Source: Squalus acanthias
Taxonomy: Eukaryota
NCBI GenBank assembly: GCA_030390025.1
Contig: CM059433.1
Span: 2,046,001-2,110,000, forward strand
Length of the DNA: 64,000 bases
Reading direction: 5' to 3'
The notes beneath the pieces are model-generated. The model did no database searches. It saw only the letters and a program-made list of their open reading frames with translations, and was not told where the DNA came from. Shown here piece by piece: positions 24,688-37,594 of the stretch; within the stretch, counting starts at the first letter, position 1; every line of letters starts with the position of its first letter. Both the position numbers and the translations under genes were made by a program.

Positions 24688-25360
24688 GGGGGTAATAGTA
24701 ACCGAAAAAAACGAGTGTGTTGGGGCCGTGTGGGAAGTTAAAGTGCTAAAACTCTGTATCCCAACCAGAACCTGCCTCCAACCCGCCCACTTCTGGTTTT
24801 AATGGAGGCGGGACAGGGGACGGGGCAGCCAACCCGGTCCCAGGAGGCGGGTCATCTATTTAAATATTATAATGAGGCTGGTGTGCCTCTGCTTTAATCT
24901 CCATTTTGAATGTAACTTTAGCTGGTCGGGTTTTGCAGGCCTTGTGAAACCCGACAGCTAATGCAAGGCGAGGAGTGCTGGATCCCTTCGATAAGTTGCC
25001 TCCTGGATCCAGGGACTCTACCTAACCCACCCCTGGGATCGGAAACCTCTGAGCCCCCCCCCCCCGCCATGCTCTTCCAGCCGCCGATCTGCTCCTCTTG
25101 CCCCCGTTGTGCCCCTTCCCCCTTCTCCTCCAGCACCCTCCCACCCCTCTGGCCACTGTGCTGGTCCTGACCCTGCTCCTCTGGCCGCTGATACTCACCC
25201 GGCCCCCATGCTCCTCCGACCCCCCTCTCTTTTCCCCCCCACCTTTCCCAGTGCTGGTCCAGGCCCCCAATCCTTCTCCGACCACCCCCTGTTCTTCCGG
25301 GTTTCCCGACCGTTTCAGAGCCCCCTCACTCCCATGCCCCCCAGCCCACTTCCCCATTAT
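24688..25360. mobile_element. Fragment related to the left half of the 3013 MITE, followed by a C-rich low-complexity tract
   Basis: Shares ccaacccgcc..ggaggcggg motifs with 3013-3250. Confidence 0.5.
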
Positions 25361-25912
25361 AATGCAGCCCACTGTGAGGTAGATCAATGAAGCAATAAAT
25401 TTAATGGATAATTGGTATCAAAACTGTACAGTCCTCTCCACAAACACTAGATTGAGAGTGTTAAACAGTGTAGTGATTATTTCTTTGCCTTAATTCATTC
25501 TGCATCCGTGATAGACTCTACATTCTTACCAGAAAATTTGTCTGTTTGAGAACGAGGCTTGCCAATTGGTTAATAGATGAAAACCTTCTGGGATATTAAG
25601 AATACTTTGAGCAAATCAGAGGGCAGATAAAATCTTCAATCTTCTGTTTTAATTGGATTTAACAGCGAAGGTAAATCTCTTTTTGGGGCTCAAAACTATC
25701 CCATCTTCCTCCTAGAGTACCATTAGATCAGAATTTTGAGGTGAGTGCAAGATGAGCAAGACCCTATAAGTTAGGTAATCGTTTTACAATGCTTTATCAA
25801 TTAGAGCCCTACTTAATGACATCATCGCTTGACTTGTGAAACTAGAAATTGTCAGCGTGTTACTTGCAGGTAAAAAAAAATTATACTTTTTTCCATTTTG
25901 ATTTTATTACAG

Positions 25913-25975
25913 TCAAGAAACAGAAGTGACAAAAGCTCTACATGATCAGGTTGACTTGTTGGAACAACATCTGAG
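25913..25975 (+). CDS. NBAS: NBAS exon (63 nt): QETEVTKALHDQVDLLEQHL(S)
   Basis: ttttattacag acceptor, AG|gtaga donor; phase 2-2 fits both neighbours. Confidence 0.92.
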
Positions 25976-26654
25976 GTAGAATTTTTTTTTCCCCTGAATT
26001 GTACTTCCTCTTGTTAACTAAGGATAAGAACTTGCTCGTGGCAAGAGATGTACTGACAGCAATAAAGTGCAATACAATATGGATATACATTTTTCTCTGT
26101 ATTCTTCGGTTATAATAGTGACAGGCACTTTCTTTGTGTGTGTTTTTCACTATCCCAGCTCTCACCATCCTTTTCTAGTTTGAACAATACAGTACCATTC
26201 TGGTCTTCAGAAAGAGGTTCATGTTTGTAATGATAACCATCTGGGAAGGACAGGACCCATTAGAAGCTGGAATCAAGATCATGAGTATCTCTTGCTTCCA
26301 GAGTGACAACAGAATCCTGTCACTAGGAGGGCAGAATTTCAGCTTTTTTTTTTAAAAGGTGGAGGAATAAAGTTGTGATGAATCCAGGCAATGAGACCAT
26401 CCACTCTATTCCACCATACCATGTTGTCAGCCTGTAGTAAGTCTGAAGGGATTATTACTAGTCCTAGCCCCTTTAGGGCTACCCCGGATCAGGTGTATTC
26501 CCCAGATGTTCACTTTCAACTAAAGTTTGAGGTAGCCGAATCCTAAAGATGCTTAATTGGGTCTAAAGGTCTGGACCATCTCTCCCTAAAGGAAAGGAAC
26601 AACCTGAAGATGTTACCATCCTCCAGATAGCACTTTTAATAAGTTTAGCTAGAC

Positions 26655-27708
26655 TGTAACGTTCTGGATATTATGAGGGTCCGGAAAACTCCCCCAGAAT
26701 TCTGCAACTCCTCACCAAAGAGCATACAGAGATTGAGTTTGCGAGTTTGATACAGAAGTATTATGTGAGATAATTCTAAAAATATATAGATTTATTAAAG
26801 AACCGACATGTATTTTACAGTTGGTGATTCAATCGCAACATTAACAGTTCCAAAAAGAGAAAGCTTTCAATTCTATTATCAGAGGTCCTATTCTCAAATC
26901 TTAACTTCGCTACAGTTTTACAGTTCTTAGTTTATTCAGGATATCCACCAAAATCAAATACAGTACCTTGATCCCTGAGATACAAAGAGTTATAGACTTA
27001 CAGAGCCTGCCTCTGAAGCCGAGAATCGCTTTGCCCCTTTACAGCAAATCTATTATTCCATTTGAGAGCTCAATATTTATACCCTTTTCCAGTGATATTC
27101 CCTTTAAGGTTTTCTGCTGATGTAAGCTAATTATCTCTAGTCATTTTTCTGCTGACTTCTGCAAATCTTACAGAATCTTCTTGCATTAAGAATCGTGTCT
27201 CTACCCTAGGTGTCCGAAGCTTACCATAAAAACGGTGTAACAGCAGGTGCATTTCATTTGATGTCATTTTTTACTAAGGCCTTCTGTTTGTGCTCTTGCA
27301 ATTAGAACACCTTAACTAGGGTGATCTATGCAATTCTTAATCACCTCAGCTGGTTGCAATACAGAATTATGTCTCCTGTGTAGATGTCTTGAGCTTAACA
27401 CAAAAACGGTGTGACGGCAGGTGTTTCTTTTACTTGATTTCATTTTTACGAAGGCATATGTTTCTTAATTTTATGTGCCTGTTTACGAAGTGTAACTTAG
27501 AACACCTTAACCAGGATGCACCATTGTCTTCTTTCCAAAGATTCAGATCGTCGGGAGCCTCCAACCTTCTGTTTCAATAAGGTTATTGATTCAGTGTCAA
27601 CAACTATCTTATCTCAATAGCCTGTATGCTGTTACAGCTTTAGATTGTTGAGGCTTCCAGATTTCCAAACCCAGTTTGTCATGTTTTAATAAGGCCAGAA
27701 TTCTTTCA
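26655..27708 (-). mobile_element. Solo LTR (ERV/LTR retrotransposon-like)
   Basis: Minus strand TGAAAGAA...GTTACA; 5-bp TSD TAGAC/TAGAA; TATAAA near 27080 then AATAAA near 26793; U3 duplication. Confidence 0.65.
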
Positions 27709-27825
27709 TAGAATGGTGTATTCTTCTGAATCGGTTATATGGCTTATTCCTTCACAAGTCATGTCTCTGGATTTCATATGGGCGTGGTGGGGGGGGCGGC
27801 GGGGGGAAGATAGACTCGAGAATGT

Positions 27826-27930
27826 ACAACAAAAGCAAAATACTGCGGATGCTGGAAATCTGAAATAAAAGCAGAAAATGCTGGAAACACTCAGCAGGTC
27901 AACATCTGTGGAGAGAGAAACCAAGTTAAC
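27826..27930 (-). mobile_element. Penelope terminal-repeat fragment cut by a Harbinger element
   Basis: Same sequence as 10361-10432; stops at GTTAAC. Confidence 0.75.
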
Positions 27931-30430
27931 GGCCGGAATTTTCTGGGATGGCTGCGGATGCAATCGGAGGCGGGTCGGGTGGGAAAGTTGATATTTTTGG
28001 GAGCAGGTCGGGAACCCGCCGTCATCCCGCTCCCACACGCCTTTCCCTCGAGCGCGTAACTTTAGGCTGTACACCCATATGGCTGCCACATGATGCGCCA
28101 GGTTGGCACCACCCCACACCAACACCATAAAGCATCCCTACAATGACCAAGCCATTCCTTTTACACTCCCCACCATTGCTGGGGGTACCGTTATGTCTCA
28201 CGATTCACTGCAACTCACTAAGCCACTTCCAAAGGTGCACACAAATCTGTCCAAGACCAGAAAATGTTGAATAAAGATTTTTATGTTTGACAGCGCATTA
28301 ACAGAAACTTTACATAAGCTTTGGATAAAACACCCAAGTGGCTACCCTTGTGAATCTACCTGTGTGTCATCTTTCTCTTCCGCGTGCTTCTACGAGGTAC
28401 TAGCTCTGTGACTTCAGCAGAGGTAGAGGCAGCCTGCTCACTTCCCTGCTGCCAAGGAGCTGGAGAGCACCTTGCTGCACATCAGTGGGGCCATGAGGAC
28501 CCATGTCTATGCTGACATCCCTCCCAGATAGAAAACATAGAAAAATAGGAGCAGGAGTAGGCCATTCGGCCCTTTGAGCCTGCTCCGCCATTCAATATGA
28601 TCAAGGCTGATCTTCTATCTCAATACCATATTCCCGCTCTCTCCCCATACCCCTTGATGCCTTTTGTGTCTAGAAATCTATCTATCTCCTTCTTAAATAT
28701 ATTCAGTGACTTGGCCTCCACAGCCTTCTGTGGTAGAGAATTCCACAGGTTCACCACCCTCTGAGTGAAGAAATTTCTCCTCATCTCAGTCCTAAATGTC
28801 CTACCCCATATCCTGAGACTGTGACCCCTCGTTCTAGACCCCCCAGCCAGGGGAAACACCCTCCCTGCATCCAGCCTGTCTAGCCCTTTGCTGCACTCCC
28901 TCTATGGCAAGTGTCTCCTTTCTTAGGCAAGGAGACCACACCTGCACTCAGTACTACAGGTGTGGTCTCACCAAGGCCCTGTATAACTGTAGTAAGACAT
29001 CCTTGCTCCTGTACTCAAATCCTCTTGCAGTGAAGGCCAACATACCATTTGCCTTCCTAACTGCTTGCTGCACCTGCATGTTTGCTTTCAGTGACTGGTG
29101 TACAAGGACACCCAGGTCCCTTTGTACATCAACATTTCCCAATCTATCACCATTTAAGTAATACTCTGCCTTTCTGTTTTTCCGACCGAAGTGGAGAACT
29201 TCACATTTATCCACGTTCTGCATCTGCCATGTATTTGCCCACTCACTCAACTTGTCTAAATCGCCTTGAAGCCTCTTTGCATCCTCCTCACAACTCAATC
29301 CCACCCAGTTTAGTGTCGTCAGCAAACTTGGAAATATTACATTTGGTTCCTTCATCCAAATCATTGATATATATTGTGAATAGCTGGGGCCCAAGCACTG
29401 ATCCCTGCGGTACTCCACTAGTCACCGCCTGCCACCCCGAAAAAGACCCATTTATTCCTACTCTCTGTTTCCTGTCTGTTAACCAATTTTCAATCCATGC
29501 CTGTATATTACCCCCAATCCCATGTGCTTTAATTTTGCACACTAACCTCTTAGTGGGACTTTATCAAAGACCTTCTGAAAATCCAAATACACCACATCCA
29601 CTGGTTCTCCCTTATCAATTCTACCAGTTACATCCTCAAAAAACTCCAGTAGGTTTGTCAATCACGATTTCCCTTTCATAAATCCAAGCTCTTGCTCACT
29701 TGTGAGTTGTGAGACACCAGGTGACAACACTACTCTATCTCGCGTGGGACCCACCCAGGTGTGCATATCTGCGCTGGTGCTGGGTGCGCTCATGTCTGGT
29801 GACGCTGCGCCCTCAGAGGCTGGAGGCTCCTCTGAGGAGTCATCTTCCTCTTCCTCTTGGACAGTGGGGTGGGGGGGCTCTTGATGGACCTGTGGGACAG
29901 TAAAGAGATGAGTTAGATATATCATTATGAAGAATGGGTACAGATACCATTATGCACATGATGACCATTCACTTGCTGCTGACATCAGTTCCCATATGAG
30001 TGACTGATGTATGCCATGTAGCTGTATGATATGTAATTTTGTCACCAGGTTGCTGAGATGTTCCCCCCCCCCTCTCTCCCACCTCCAGCTGCTCGGCGAC
30101 TCCAGATATTTCTAAAGCAGCCTCCTCTGCTGTTGTAAGGTTTGCAAATGATGGAGGGCCACTGCCGGTTCAACCCCTCTCCCTCCTATTTTGGGCTCTC
30201 TTTTCCTGCAAGGAGGGAAAGAAGAGAAGGTTGAGTTAGAGTGATGGAATGAGTGTAAGGAATGGATGGGTTAGATCTTTAGAGGGAGACTATAATGGAG
30301 TGGGGTGCCAAAGCCAAGTGGCCTCCTTGTGTGTTAGTTGGTATGATTGCATTAGGATGAGGGCGAGTGTGAGGGGTGGCTTGTGAGATGGGGATGTGGT
30401 AATGTAGATAGAGAGAGAGGGATGCACTAT
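27931..30430 (-). mobile_element. Harbinger transposon remnant with spliced Myb/SANT-like gene pieces, CR1 inserted
   Basis: Terminus GGCCGGAATTTTC; minus-strand exon 30205-30046 EKRAQNRRERG*TGSGPP..LTTAEEAALEI; next exon from 29889 is acidic and Ser-rich. Confidence 0.7.
28528..29686 (-). mobile_element. CR1 RT 3' part with internal deletion
   Basis: [29 protein letters not shown]; 3' UTR. Confidence 0.93.
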
Positions 30431-30433
30431 ATT

Positions 30434-31184
30434 GGCCCCGAATTTGCAGTCCGTATGATGGTGAACTGGCAGCGTTCGCTGTCATTCCGCCTTTGAAACT
30501 GACCGCAACTTCAGGATTTGGTGCAGGCGCATGTGGAAATCCTGAAGTTGCGGTCTGTCATTGAAAACTTCGAAACAGGCTGTTCTGTGCCACCACCCCC
30601 CTGAGCCGGCAATCGGTGTAATCTCTCAAATCAGGGAAACTGACACAAACTTCAGCTCTTCCGCGGTCAGTACGCTGTTAAATTCCCCATTAAAAGTTAG
30701 ACCCAAAGGGATTCGGTGTAACTGGGGTTATAACAGAATAATGACTGCTAAACAAAGGTTATGGCCCTGAAAAACTCTTTCATTTTGTGCAGTGTCAAAT
30801 TTATCCATTTTAATAAAAAGTAAAAAAATGTTTTAAAAAAAGTTTGTTCATCTCTATTTCAGGTTTGCCTTTTCCCCATGTGAGCGCCCCAATCGTTGAT
30901 TTGCTCGCCGTAACATTTTTTAAAAGTTAGAATTTTAAGAGCTTTACCCACTTCCTTGTTCGCTGTGTGTGAAAATTCTGCATTTTGATTGGCTGCTTCG
31001 GCAGCTTGTTGACGTGAGTCACGGCAGCTCACACTCGGGGATCCCCACTGTACTCCGTTGATTTGAATTGCGTGTCGGAAAAGCCGAACTTCTCGACACA
31101 GAGATCACGAGATCTTTGTGCGAAGCTTACTTCAGGGCCTGCGCCAAACGCCTTTGCTTCGCCGCTGACCACACATTCCGGGCC
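30434..31184. mobile_element. Harbinger-type MITE, same family as 21120 in opposite orientation
   Basis: GGCCCCGAATTTGC / ACATTCCGGGCC; shared GACCGCAACTTCAGGATTT hairpin. Confidence 0.72.
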
Positions 31185-32559
31185 ACAGTGACACTGGACA
31201 ATATACATTCTTCAGCCGTATAAAACTTGAACTTTCTTCTTGAGGAAAGAACAATTGAGTCATCAGTTTGTGTCGACCTTCACATTTAGTAAGATATCAC
31301 CTATAATATACCAGTGAATTTAACGGAATATACTTCCCCTTTATAGTATTCAGATGGCTTTTCCTTTTTTCCTTTTCTTCTCTATAAATACAACCTCAGC
31401 ATGAAACTTCTGTATAAATATTGACATATAATTTAGTCATTATAAATACTGATATAAAAGCATTAGTCAAATATCATGACATAGGAAGTAAGAAAGTGCT
31501 TGTCATGTGTGAGGCATGTAATATATTGGCGATCTATAATTTTCAATGATGCAGAAGGAATCATGACTAAATGAAATACTTTCTGATAAAATTGGCAGAA
31601 TAAAATTCTGATGAGTTAATCTCAAACAGAAAGCTCTGCAAATTCAGGTTAGCACTTGGGCATCTTTTTGAGGGTATTTGCTAGTCTATGCTTAGCCTTA
31701 TGGAAGACAGAGGAAATAACTGACTTCCTATAACAATCCAGTATGCCTCCTCGGTGATCGACTGAGCCATAACACTGTTCAGCTCTGAACATCCCTGGTT
31801 CCTATCTGGGAAAATATTTCAGGGGGAAAAATGTTCGTCAAACACAAAAGCACATCCATAATACATGTTGGCTTCGAGAGCATGGTCAATCTCTTCTGAG
31901 ACATTGCTGTGTACCACAGTAAATACTTATGCTGAACTCTGCCTTTGATATTAATGTTTGTCTTGGCATGAGTTCAGTTAAACCCGGCAGGGTTACTTTT
32001 GTTTAGTCCAGTTCTTCACACACTTCAACTGAGTAACTGTTTAGATAAGTATATGCAACAAATATTTGATTAGTTGTGTTTCCTTGTGCCACGCTGTTTT
32101 AAGTCTGTGTTTAAATTTTTTTTTTACGAATGGGAGCATGGTCCAGGAGCACAGTCGGCAGCCAGTGGACACGCAGCAGTAGGGAGAACGGTCTGTGGGG
32201 CAGAAGTGGGAGCAGGACAGGCCGGCTGAGACAGAGATTGGGGGAGGGGGATGTGGAATGGCAGCCAAAGTGGGTGTGGTGTGCCGGTAGAGGGCTAAGA
32301 TGGGAGTAGGCGGCTGAATAAATTGCTGGTGGAAGAACGATCAGCCCACAGAGCAGTTGATGGGGCAAAAGACGGAGCAATGCAGACTTGCTGAGACTGC
32401 AGTGGATTGTGGGAAAAATGGCAGCAGAAGCGGGAGTGGCCCTGTTGGGCCTGCAGCAATGTTCACTTCAATTTCTTTTGGGTGCGTGGCCCCTTCAAAA
32501 TATCGCGCGTGCCCGGTTCTTCCTATTTAAAAGCCGGTGAGCTGGAAGAGCAGTCGTGC

Positions 32560-33210
32560 TTAGTCCAACATCCCTGCTTTTTGTCCGTAACCCTGTAAGT
32601 TGCTCATCCTCAAGCACCTGTCCGACTCCCTTTTAAAATTATTTGTGGAATCAGCTTCCACCCCCTGTAGAGGTCGAGTGTTCCAGATCCCCACGACTCT
32701 GAGTGAAAACATTTCTCCTCCTCTCCCCTCGAGATCTTTTGCCAATGATTTTGAATCTGTGACCTCTGGTTATTGACCCACTCGCCAGAGGGATTAATTT
32801 TTCTCTATCTACACTATCACAACCCCTCATCATCTTGAAAACCTCTATTAGGTCACCTCTTAACCTTCTCTGTTCCAAGGAGAACAGTCCGAACTTTTCC
32901 AACCTCTCCCCATAACTGCTGGTAAACCTCCTCTGTACCCTTTCTAAGGCCTTTACATCTTTCCAGAAGTGTGAGGCCCAGAATTGTCAACAATACTCCA
33001 GCTGAGGCCTAACCAGTGATTTATAAAGTTCCAACAGAATCTATTTGCTTTTATATTTTATGCCTCTATTTATAAACCCAAGTAACCCATATCCTTTTTT
33101 AACTACCTTATCAACTTGCCCTGCCACCTTTAAGGATTTGTGTATATGGACACCAAGGTCTCTCTGCTCATCTACACTCTTCAAAATCGTGTCATTTATA
33201 GTATATTGTT
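32560..33210 (-). mobile_element. CR1 3' fragment
   Basis: LFSLEQRRLRGDLIEVFK, TRGHRFK. Confidence 0.9.
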
Positions 33211-34970
33211 GCTTCCCTTTTAATTTTTTTAAAGCTTTGGAACTATTTCAATTTGCACAATTAGCACACACGTACAATGGACACAAGACAAAGCTTGAAC
33301 TTTACATGTTACAGGCAATTACAGTGCTGACATTTTATGACTACTTCCCTTGAAAGGAAGTTTTATTTATTGATTGGTGGCTGTACAGCCGTATGTTTTG
33401 TGTTAATGGAATTGAAAGTCTGTCAAAAATAGTTCCAGCAATAGCAATGCACCTTTTCATGTCATTCCCCTTGTACCTTTGCTGTACACACAACTTCCCA
33501 AGTACAGAAACTCATCCACCGTTTCCATCTCCTTGTCATCAATGTTCAGTTTCTCCTTTCATTTTTTATATGCTTCACCTCTTATTTCTTGCAAAATCTT
33601 GGCCTTTCACACTGAAGTAAGCCCCTACACCTTTCTCTTATCACCCACCTCCTAAGCTAGGATAGTGGCAACCAAGTAGCCAGCAAGAATCTTAAAGCAC
33701 TTCAGCAGCAATTTTCCACACACCTGAGATTTTGCTGTTTTACTGCTTACTCTACCTCCTACATCACTTCTGTCCTGCCAACTGGATCAGCCCTACATTT
33801 AGCTCCTTCACTATGTGTAGGAACCCTGTTGAAAATAGGTATCCTGTTGGTTTGTTTCCATTCCGTTGTGAACTCCCCTATTGATCGACTCCCTCGTGAT
33901 GACTGTCAGCACTTTGTAGATTTTATCCCTTAGTATCCTAGGGTATGTGCTGTCCATCCATGGGCATGCATTGTTATATTAGGACCATCAAACAAGCAAT
34001 ATCAAAAGAATTGTAATTGTAGAGCCTCTTATGATGAGTGTAATGCTACTCGTGTCTTCCTGAGTGAATACTTCTAGCAAGTGATTATTTACTATGTCAA
34101 CGAATTTGAGTTCACCCTCAAGCTACTAATTGATCACCAATTGAAAATAATAGTATTGTTATTACACTATTGATGTATTTGGGGCAGTGTATGATTTTGC
34201 TACACTCTCTATGGCCATTTTTAAGTGGAGCTGTGTTCTAATGTATGAATTATCAACATAAAATGTTCTTTATCACTAATGGGAGATTAGCTTTTGGCTG
34301 CCTTCTATAAATATACATAGCCCATGTTTGTCCTTCTCTGCAGTAAGATTTTATACAATATTTCCTCTAAGTGACATAATTTCATTTTAAACAAAAGAAC
34401 ATTATACTGTGGCATGTTTGTTTTCTGTACATCTTCAAATTGTTGCATAAATTTTTTGAAAAGTAATTACAAATACTGTTCTGCTATAAAGATTTTAAAC
34501 ATCTGCTGTTAAGTTGTGTGTCTGATGTATGATTGTAGAGTGTTTAATTGTAAAATCCTTGCAACATTAGTGATAGATTGATGTTAACCGATTAACATGA
34601 TTACATAGACAAATAATGATGAAAATCAATTATGAATAAATGTATAATATAGCCGTATTGTTCTCTATCGACCTACCTGTGGTTCACCTGTTGCATCACC
34701 TGTCTGTGATCCACTCACTGCTTGGCCCCTCTCTGTTCCCAGATTCCACACTACAGGAACCCCTCGTCCACCCATCCCAAACGCGCGTATCCTGGCCCCT
34801 CTCCTCACCGAGCCTCTCTCCTTTCCTGCTGCTCACATTGCCCCTTTCAAATTCTTCATCCTGCTTGCTCCTTTGTCTCTGCTCTGTGGTCCATGAGTAA
34901 CACCACAAGAGAAAGCTACATTTTAAGTTGTGAGTTATTTTTACTGATTAATTGTAATTATTTACTTTAG

Positions 34971-35093
34971 TGTGGCAGAAATTTTGGAAAAGCATGGTCT
35001 AAAGAAACCACTCTCATTCGTAAAGAGCACACAGTCAAGCCCAGAGGAGGCACGTCTGCTTATGGTGCGGCTAACCAGACACGTTGGGCGCAA
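34971..35093 (+). CDS. NBAS: NBAS exon (123 nt): VAEILEKHGLKKPLSFVKSTQSSPEEARLLMVRLTRHVGR(K)
   Basis: tttactttag acceptor, AA|gtgagt donor; LEKHGL.KP and LMVRLTRH.GRK motifs. Confidence 0.95.
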
Positions 35094-35874
35094 GTGAGTA
35101 TACGTCGAATTACAACCTAGTAATGTAATTCAGAGATAATCGTTTCAACAAGCATTTGTCCTCCTTTTATCTTCACCAAGTTAACTGATGGATTAGAAGC
35201 CAATATTCTGGTGAAGACATAAGCTTGTAATATGGAAACTTTCCTCGACTATATTCGTAATACTTCTGTCACTTTCTCTTTACTTGATACCCGAATAAAG
35301 CAGTCGGGTGATGGGGACAACTAAGCAAATCTCAAATTTTCCATAAAGAAACACTCATGAAAGTAGTGAGAGGGAGAAAACCATGAAACACAAAATTGAC
35401 CAACTAGTGACAATCCTCCTTTGAAGGGAACGGTGCAAGGTCACCTTGGCATTGAGGAGGCTCCAAAATGACCTGGCTGGAAGATTATAATCAATCCAAC
35501 TCTCTGTGGCATACTCTGTAATCCTATAACTGAGACAGTTAGGTCCACAGTACTCCACAGTGTTGTTGAATAACCAGCTAGCCTGACTCATTAACTAGCC
35601 TTGAGGAATAGATCTGTGGGAGTTGGGATTTTTCCCACTTACTCCAGATAACCCTGCAAACCATGCCTAACTGATTGGAGAGTCACTTCAAAATTTACCA
35701 GTTCTCTGTGCTGGTAAACTGCATACCTTTAGATGATTAAGCTCCTTTGCGCACTTGGAGGTCCTTAAGCCTTGGCTCTTGGCCAAGCTGTGTCTGCACT
35801 TGGGTAAGTGGGCTATGTCCTTATAGGGCGAGAGTGTGCTCTCTAACTGGCAAACAGAACCTCTACCCATGTAG

Positions 35875-36530
35875 ATTTATAGGTCTGGAAAGACAGGGGT
35901 GATCTATGAGTGGGACTTTGGTGCTTGATACAATTTGGGCAGCGGAGTTTTGGATGAGTTGAAATTTATGGAGGCTGGAGGATGGGAGACAGCCAGGAGA
36001 ACATTGGAATAGTTGAGCCTGGTGGTGAGAAAAGCACAAATGAGTGTTTCAACAGCAGATGGGCTGAGGTAGGGGTCGGGTGGGGATGTTGCGTAAGTGG
36101 AAGTAGGCGGGTTTTGTGATGGAGGGGTTATGGGGTTGAGGTCAAATAGGATGCCAAGGCTGTAAAAAGTCTGGCTTAACCCGAGATAGTGGCCAGGGAG
36201 GGGGATGGATCGGTGGCAAGGGTACGAAGTTCATGCGGGAGACTGAAGACGATGGCTTGGTCCTCCAAATGTTTTACTGAAGGAAATTACAGCTCATCCA
36301 AGACTGGGTGTTGAGCCAGCAGTCTGACAACACACAGGCAGTGGTGAGGTGGTGGAGAGGTACATGTGGAAGCTGACTCCACGTCTTCAGATAACATTGC
36401 CAAGGGACATCATGTAGACGAGGAAAAGGTGAGGGATTCCAGAAGTAACAGTGGGAGGAGAAGCCAATGCCAAAGATGCTCTGGCTACAATTGGATAGGT
36501 AAGAGTGGAACTAAGTGAGAGTTATCCCAC
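35875..36530 (-). mobile_element. Old L2 RT fragment
   Basis: Resembles the L2 piece at 41100-41345 and L2 ORF2 motifs; degraded. Confidence 0.65.
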
Positions 36531-36776
36531 GGATAACAAAGCTCAGTGCCCTTCTGTGTCACACGGTCACTGGAATATTACAGTTCACTATAATACGAGG
36601 GGTAAGTGACAATTTTCCATTTGAGCTGAAGTCAGTCTGACTTTGACAACCTTGTGCCCAAGATAGCCACAAAGAGGAGAGAATGGGGCCAGTGATCCTT
36701 TCTGCATGTGATCAGTAATTAACCTTCTAAAATAAAGAATATTATAACTTTAGACTCTCTTGCATTATGCACCCAG

Positions 36777-36879
36777 GAACCCACCTGTACGTGAGAGTGA
36801 GTGGAGAGGCTTACTGCAAGACCTGTTGGAAATGCAACGCACGGTCTACAAGTGCCTGGACTTCAATATCTGCTATGAG
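36777..36879 (+). CDS. NBAS: NBAS exon (103 nt): NPPVRESEWRGLLQDLLEMQRTVYKCLDFNICYE
   Basis: acccag acceptor, GAG|gtaaag donor; PPV.ES.WR.LLQD motif. Confidence 0.95.
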
Positions 36880-37594
36880 GTAAAGCACTCCAGTAGGTAC
36901 TTGCCCAGTCAGAATCTGGAAATGACTGGGACCTTTTCAAAAGTTATGCTTATTTTAAAACATTCTGAGGGTGAAGAGAAGTTTAGCTACAAAGCTTTAT
37001 GATTGAGTGACCTGAATTTAAATCCCAATCTGAATCGGTACTTGCGCTTTGCAGACAGGATCTTCCGCTTCCATTCCACCTGATTTCTGGTGTATCTGGG
37101 GCAGGTGGGATGGAAAATCAGGCGGGATGCTGTTCTCGTGACTTCCCCCATCACACGTTCCCACTTTAGGGATTTTACTTTGTTTATTTGTATGTGGGGA
37201 TTAAATAAGTAACAACAATCATGTATATTTTCATCATTCTTTTAAATGTTACTCAATTTCCATTTCCCTTTTGAACATTAGAACTTAGCTTTTGTTTTGT
37301 GTTTGTTTCTTTTCTCTGCACCAATTCACATTATGTTGCTGCGTCCTTCAGAAGAAGTGGTGATACCAGAACATTGCTTTTTGGTCAGTGAGATTTTAAG
37401 GAGGACCATATGGCCACATGGCAACTATTTGGTGCCGGATTCTTTAATGGTATCTTTTTAGATAGCAACCTATTCATTAATGTATCCAAATTCAATTGCA
37501 TTAAAATAATTAGCTGGCTGAGTAAAGCAATATCATGAACCTCAGTGACCTGGTATTCCTCATTCTTGTGCTCCACCAATCTTCCCTCGGTAAA

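Noticed and set aside
24918..25390. Pro- and Gly-rich ORFs
   Set aside because: C-rich low-complexity sequence inside a TE remnant.
35300..35870. Unassigned sequence, possibly an old DIRS/LTR fragment (likewise 42210-42650 and 12150-12520)
   Set aside because: No motif or termini that I could support.
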